In this document: piece by piece, positions 60,843-64,000 of the stretch
Layout: each line of letters starts with the position of its first letter
How positions within the stretch are numbered: the stretch's first letter is position 1
Assembly: GCA_017409455.1 (NCBI GenBank)
Contig: JAFQSS010000021.1
Coordinates: 45,673-109,672 of the forward strand
Source: Clostridia bacterium
GTDB lineage: Bacteria; Bacillota; Clostridia; TANB77; CAG-508
Reading direction: 5' to 3'
DNA: 64,000 bases
Translations under genes and position numbers: made by a program
The notes under the pieces: generated by a model
Databases searched by the model: none
The model's input: only the letters and a program-made list of their open reading frames with translations
Told to the model about the DNA's origin: nothing

Positions 60843-61922
60843 ATGCGGAAAAGAAATTGCTGGCTACAAATTGTGGCCCTCTTACTGTGTGGAATATTGC
60901 TAACAGCATGTCACTCTACACCAACACCCCAATATAGTAAACCCGAAGAAAACAATTATGGGAATCAAGCTGTATATGAATGTAAGCTAGAGTTCTCATC
61001 AAGAACGGTAATGTCAAACGCAACCGCAGGTAACACTTATTATTGCACAGCAGTAGATAGTCTTACAAACGTCCAATACATAGTGACGGGTTCTTCACAA
61101 ATTGATGGTGGAATGTCTATAACACCACGTATTGACTCTGATGGAAATCCTTTAATTGGAGAGCAAGAATGTGAGCTGAAATTCTCACAAAAAACAGTAA
61201 TATCAAAGGCGACTGTAGGCAGCACTTATTATTGTACAGCAGTAGACACTCTTACAAATGTCCAATACTTAGTGATTACATCTTCGCAAATTGATGGCGG
61301 AATATCTATAACACCACGTGTTAATTCTGATGGAAGTCCTTTAATTGGAGAGCAAGAATGTAAGCTGAAATTCTCACAAAGAACAGTAATGTCAAAAGCT
61401 ACTGTAGGCAGCACTTATTATTGCACAGCAGTAGATAGTCTTACTGATGTCCAGTATATAATGATGAGCTCTTCTCAAATTAGTGGAGGAATGTCTATAA
61501 CACCACGTATCGCTTCTGATGGAAAGCCTTTGACTGAAGAACAAGAATGTGAATTGGAATTCTCGCCCAAAACGGTAATGGCAAAGGCGAGAGTTGGTAG
61601 CACCTATTATTGTATAGCCGTAGACACTTTTACCAATGTCCAATACTTAGTGATGACATCTTCACAAATTGATAGTGGTATGTCTATAACACCACGTATG
61701 GACTCTGAAGGAAATCATTTGATTGGAGAACAAGAATGTGAGTTGGAATTCTCACAAAAAACGGTAATAGCAAAGGCAAGAGTGGGTGGTACTTATTATT
61801 GTACAGCAGTAGATGCTTTTACCAATGTCCAATACTTAGTGATGACATCTTCACAAATTGATGGTGGAATGTCTATAATATTACTTATTGATTCTAGTGG
61901 GAGTCATTTATTAGCAAACTAA
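60843..61922 (+). CDS. Lipoprotein with five tandem 62-aa Cys-containing repeats
   Basis: Signal peptide with lipobox LLTAC, then 5 copies of ECxLxFSxxTVxxKAxVGxTYYCTAVDxLTNVQYxVxxSSQIDGGMSITPRxxSDGxPLIGEQ. Confidence 0.8.
   Translation: MRKRNCWLQIVALLLCGILLTACHSTPTPQYSKPEENNYGNQAVYECKLEFSSRTVMSNATAGNTYYCTAVDSLTNVQYIVTGSSQIDGGMSITPRIDSDGNPLIGEQECELKFSQKTVISKATVGSTYYCTAVDTLTNVQYLVITSSQIDGGISITPRVNSDGSPLIGEQECKLKFSQRTVMSKATVGSTYYCTAVDSLTDVQYIMMSSSQISGGMSITPRIASDGKPLTEEQECELEFSPKTVMAKARVGSTYYCIAVDTFTNVQYLVMTSSQIDSGMSITPRMDSEGNHLIGEQECELEFSQKTVIAKARVGGTYYCTAVDAFTNVQYLVMTSSQIDGGMSIILLIDSSGSHLLAN
60975..61920 (+). repeat. About 186-bp tandem DNA repeat x5 inside the lipoprotein gene
   Basis: The period is visible as repeated GAATG(T/C)GAG(C/T)TG(A/G)AATTCTC(A/G)CAAA...ACTTATTATTG(T/C)ACAGCAGTAGA... 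The same repeat generates the spurious antisense ORFs 61040..61225 and 61229..61414. Confidence 0.8.
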
Positions 61923-62022
61923 AATTTCATAAAAAAAGAGGCCATTTTTTAATCAAACAAAACATGGTCTCTTTTTCATTTAATATAATATCTACCCCAA
62001 ACAGGATATTCAAAAATTTTAT

Positions 62023-62051
62023 TTGACATTTCCTAATTATCTGTGTATAAT
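62023..62051 (+). promoter_or_regulatory. Consensus sigma-A promoter driving a short terminator-ended transcript (candidate antitoxin sRNA)
   Basis: TTGACA 62023-28, a 17-nt spacer and TATAAT 62046-51. Confidence 0.6.
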
Positions 62052-62057
62052 TAATAT

Positions 62058-62147
62058 AGGAAATGACAATTCCACAAACGTGGTTTTGCCAGATAAATTG
62101 AGAAAACTCACATCTACCTTGCAATGTACAGATGTGAGCTTTTTTTA
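62058..62147 (+). ncRNA. Candidate roughly 90-nt sRNA (type I antitoxin-like), ending in a bidirectional terminator
   Basis: Predicted TSS about 62058. Terminator stem CTCACATCT (62107-15) / AGATGTGAG (62130-38) followed by TTTTTTT (62140-46). The 3' 40 nt overlap the stop codon and 3' end of the convergent peptide gene. Confidence 0.45.
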
Positions 62148-62258
62148 TTTATGTAGTTGCTTATCAACCCAGTTCTTATACAGAACTGCTGTCAAGGCAA
62201 CGTTTAATGTTAAAGATAACATAAAGGATATTATAAAAAATAGTATCACTTTAACCAT
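62145..62258 (-). CDS. Small hydrophobic peptide (37 aa, or 39 aa from ATG 62264), type I toxin-like
   Basis: AGAGAGGTGG RBS, then M(FM)VKVILFFIISFMLSLTLNVALTAVLYKNWVDKQLHK, one TM helix plus a basic/polar tail. Own promoter TTGATT-17-TGcTATACT (about 62368-62340, minus strand) and a roughly 75-nt 5' UTR. Confidence 0.45.
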   Translation of the reverse strand: MVKVILFFIISFMLSLTLNVALTAVLYKNWVDKQLHK

Positions 62259-62684
62259 AAACATCACCACCTCTCTTACGATATTTCGTATAATTGGTGG
62301 CAAAACCACATCTGCTTATCATCATTTCCTATGTCAGCTAGTATAGCATACAATTTACAACAAATCAAGATAAAAGAAACAAATTTTCGTAAAGTTTTTT
62401 TAAAAAAATTTCTTGATTTTTATTAAAATATTTGTTAATCTATATATAAATTGATTGATATTTGTATCAATCGTTATGAGAGCCAAAAAAGTTGTAGATA
62501 ACTACTTCGATGGCAACAGATAAAGGCTAATAAAGTTAGTCTTTTTTTGTTATGTTGTGAAACGAGTTGAAAAATAAAGAAATTTGTGGTATCATAATAA
62601 AGTATCTAAAATTTGATATAATTTCAAACTAAAACTTTTAAATAGGAAGACAATAATCTCATCAACTAAAAGGAGGTAAAATTT

Positions 62685-62915
62685 GTGCGTGCAGGTGCAA
62701 GTGGATTGGCCCTTAAAGTAAACCCTCATAATTTAAGAGTAGGTATAATAAAAGACTGGGACTCTCACTGGAATTTTGATTCTCATATACCAATAACTTT
62801 TCCAGAGTCTGAAAAATCTAGTACACCATGTGTAGTTGGAAAAGTTAAAGATTGGAATACTCGAGGCGATAATGGAATGAAGAACGTGCCTCGAAAGAAG
62901 CCTCATCATAAGTAA
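62685..62915 (+). CDS. GC-rich small hypothetical protein
   Basis: GTG start after AAAGGAGGTAAAATTT. 76 aa at about 42% GC. Confidence 0.45.
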   Translation: MRAGASGLALKVNPHNLRVGIIKDWDSHWNFDSHIPITFPESEKSSTPCVVGKVKDWNTRGDNGMKNVPRKKPHHK

Positions 62916-62988
62916 AAATATATCCTATTTAAGAAACAAAAAGAGGAGTTTGACAAATGTCATTCTCCTCTTTTAATTTATTCATTGT

Positions 62989-63177
62989 TTAAGAAAAATA
63001 AATAATAGCAGCACCAATAATACTAAGCAATACTCCCAAAATTTTAAATCCTGCAGTCGCCTCATTTTGGTCACCAAAGCCAAACATTTTCTTAGTAATA
63101 ATACGTGCATCATAAATCAATATAATACCAGCTAATAAAATTAATGCTCCAATTAATCTCAAAATAATTTGTCCCAT
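62989..63177 (-). CDS. Small membrane protein
   Basis: 62 aa with two hydrophobic helices. Immediately downstream of recG. Confidence 0.4.
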   Translation of the reverse strand: MGQIILRLIGALILLAGIILIYDARIITKKMFGFGDQNEATAGFKILGVLLSIIGAAIIYFS

Positions 63178-63192
63178 AATATCTACATCCTT

Positions 63193-64000
63193 TTAAATCT
63201 CTATTCTTGAACTAAATTTTTCTTTAACCAGTTCATTCAGTTTTTGGTTTTTCTCTTTTTCAAGTAATGGGTCATCTTCCATTATTTTTAAAGAGATTGC
63301 TTGAACTTTTTTCAAAGTTCCTATATCTTCAAACAAATTAGCAATTTTAAATTCTGGAAGTCCATGTTGTTCTGTTCCAAAGAAATCTCCAGCGCCTCTT
63401 AACTCTAAGTCTTTTTCAGAAATTATAAATCCATCATTTGTATCACACATTACTTTCATACGTTGTCTTACAGTTTCACCATTTCCTTCATATTTTAATA
63501 TACAATATGATTGGTATTCCCCTCTTCCAACTCTTCCACGTAATTGGTGTAATTGTGCTAATCCAAATCTTTCTGCATTTTCCACAACCATTATACTTGC
63601 ATTTGGAACATTAACTCCAACCTCTATAACTGTTGTTGCAATCAAGATTTGAATTTCTCCATCTTTGAATTTTTGCATAATTTCATCTTTTTCTTTTGCT
63701 TTCATTTTTCCGTGTAAATATGCCACTTTATAATTACTAAATGTTTCATTTTGATATTTTTCTGCAAGTTCAATAACAGATTTTAAGCCCATATCTTCAT
63801 TTTCTTCTACTAATGGACACACAATATATGCTTGTCTACCCTCATCAATCTGTTTTGCAATAAAAGCATTTACTCTTTCTTCCATATTTTTTCTTACTGC
63901 AAATGTTTCTATTTTCTTTCTGTTTGGAGGTAATTCATCTATTATTGATATATCTAAATCTCCATATAATATTAATGCTAATGTTCTTGGAATTGGTGTT
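63193..64000 (-). CDS. recG: ATP-dependent DNA helicase RecG. C-terminal helicase domain only, the N-terminus lies beyond the right window edge
   Basis: ...QAYIVCPLVEE...KVAYLHGKM...ILIATTVIEVGVNVPNASIMVVENAERFGLAQLHQLRGRVGRG... is the RecG helicase C-terminal motif set. The ORF is open to position 64000. Confidence 0.8.
   Translation of the reverse strand, partial: TPIPRTLALILYGDLDISIIDELPPNRKKIETFAVRKNMEERVNAFIAKQIDEGRQAYIVCPLVEENEDMGLKSVIELAEKYQNETFSNYKVAYLHGKMKAKEKDEIMQKFKDGEIQILIATTVIEVGVNVPNASIMVVENAERFGLAQLHQLRGRVGRGEYQSYCILKYEGNGETVRQRMKVMCDTNDGFIISEKDLELRGAGDFFGTEQHGLPEFKIANLFEDIGTLKKVQAISLKIMEDDPLLEKEKNQKLNELVKEKFSSRIEI

Noticed and set aside
60975-61920. CRISPR array or other non-coding repeat array
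   Set aside because: The period (about 186 bp) with no spacer-repeat alternation lies inside a continuous ORF and encodes repeated protein modules. No CRISPR-like short direct repeats with unique spacers are present anywhere in the window.

Overview
This is a chromosomal window from a very AT-rich (about 27-30% GC) spore-forming Firmicute, Clostridia-like, with cwlJ-gerQ, YkwD-like and YqeY homologs. It is almost fully coding. Most genes are on the minus strand and form a housekeeping backbone: DnaE (dnaE), CysS (cysS), TrmB (trmB), an RluA-family pseudouridine synthase, RNase P RNA (rnpB), a tcdA-tsaC-mnmA tRNA-modification operon, RlmD (rlmD), feoAB, a minimal DtxR-regulated sufC/sufBD pair, an MBOAT/DHHW/GT-C envelope-modification locus, a partial RecG (recG) at the right edge, and one tRNA-Leu(UAG). 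The non-routine content is: (1) a cysS leader encoding a 13-aa peptide with three consecutive Cys codons followed by an intrinsic terminator, which looks like a ribosome-mediated Cys-sensing attenuator rather than the usual T-box; (2) a compact convergent locus at about 62.0-62.4 kb with a strong promoter driving a roughly 90-nt terminator-ended sRNA that overlaps the 3' end of a 37-39 aa hydrophobic peptide gene, a candidate type I toxin-antitoxin, inside a decayed integrative island downstream of tRNA-Leu that carries a doubly disrupted large serine recombinase, an ORF6N protein, a 5x tandem-repeat Cys lipoprotein and GC-rich orphan genes; (3) two paralogous GC-rich 117-119 aa proteins with near-identical consensus promoters flanking a frameshifted sortase B and a beta-helix surface protein; (4) a 27-nt GC-rich tandem repeat with TGCTAGCA palindromes in the dnaE leader; (5) a roughly 190-nt GC-rich structured intergenic RNA candidate (6S-like) and two homologous roughly 100-nt leader elements of unknown function; (6) several pseudogene signatures (frameshifted srtB, in-frame TGA ORF, split hypothetical gene, degraded recombinase). 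Coordinates of ORF-track genes were taken from the track, with starts re-evaluated by RBS context. Coordinates of features I derived by eye are approximate to within a few nt.
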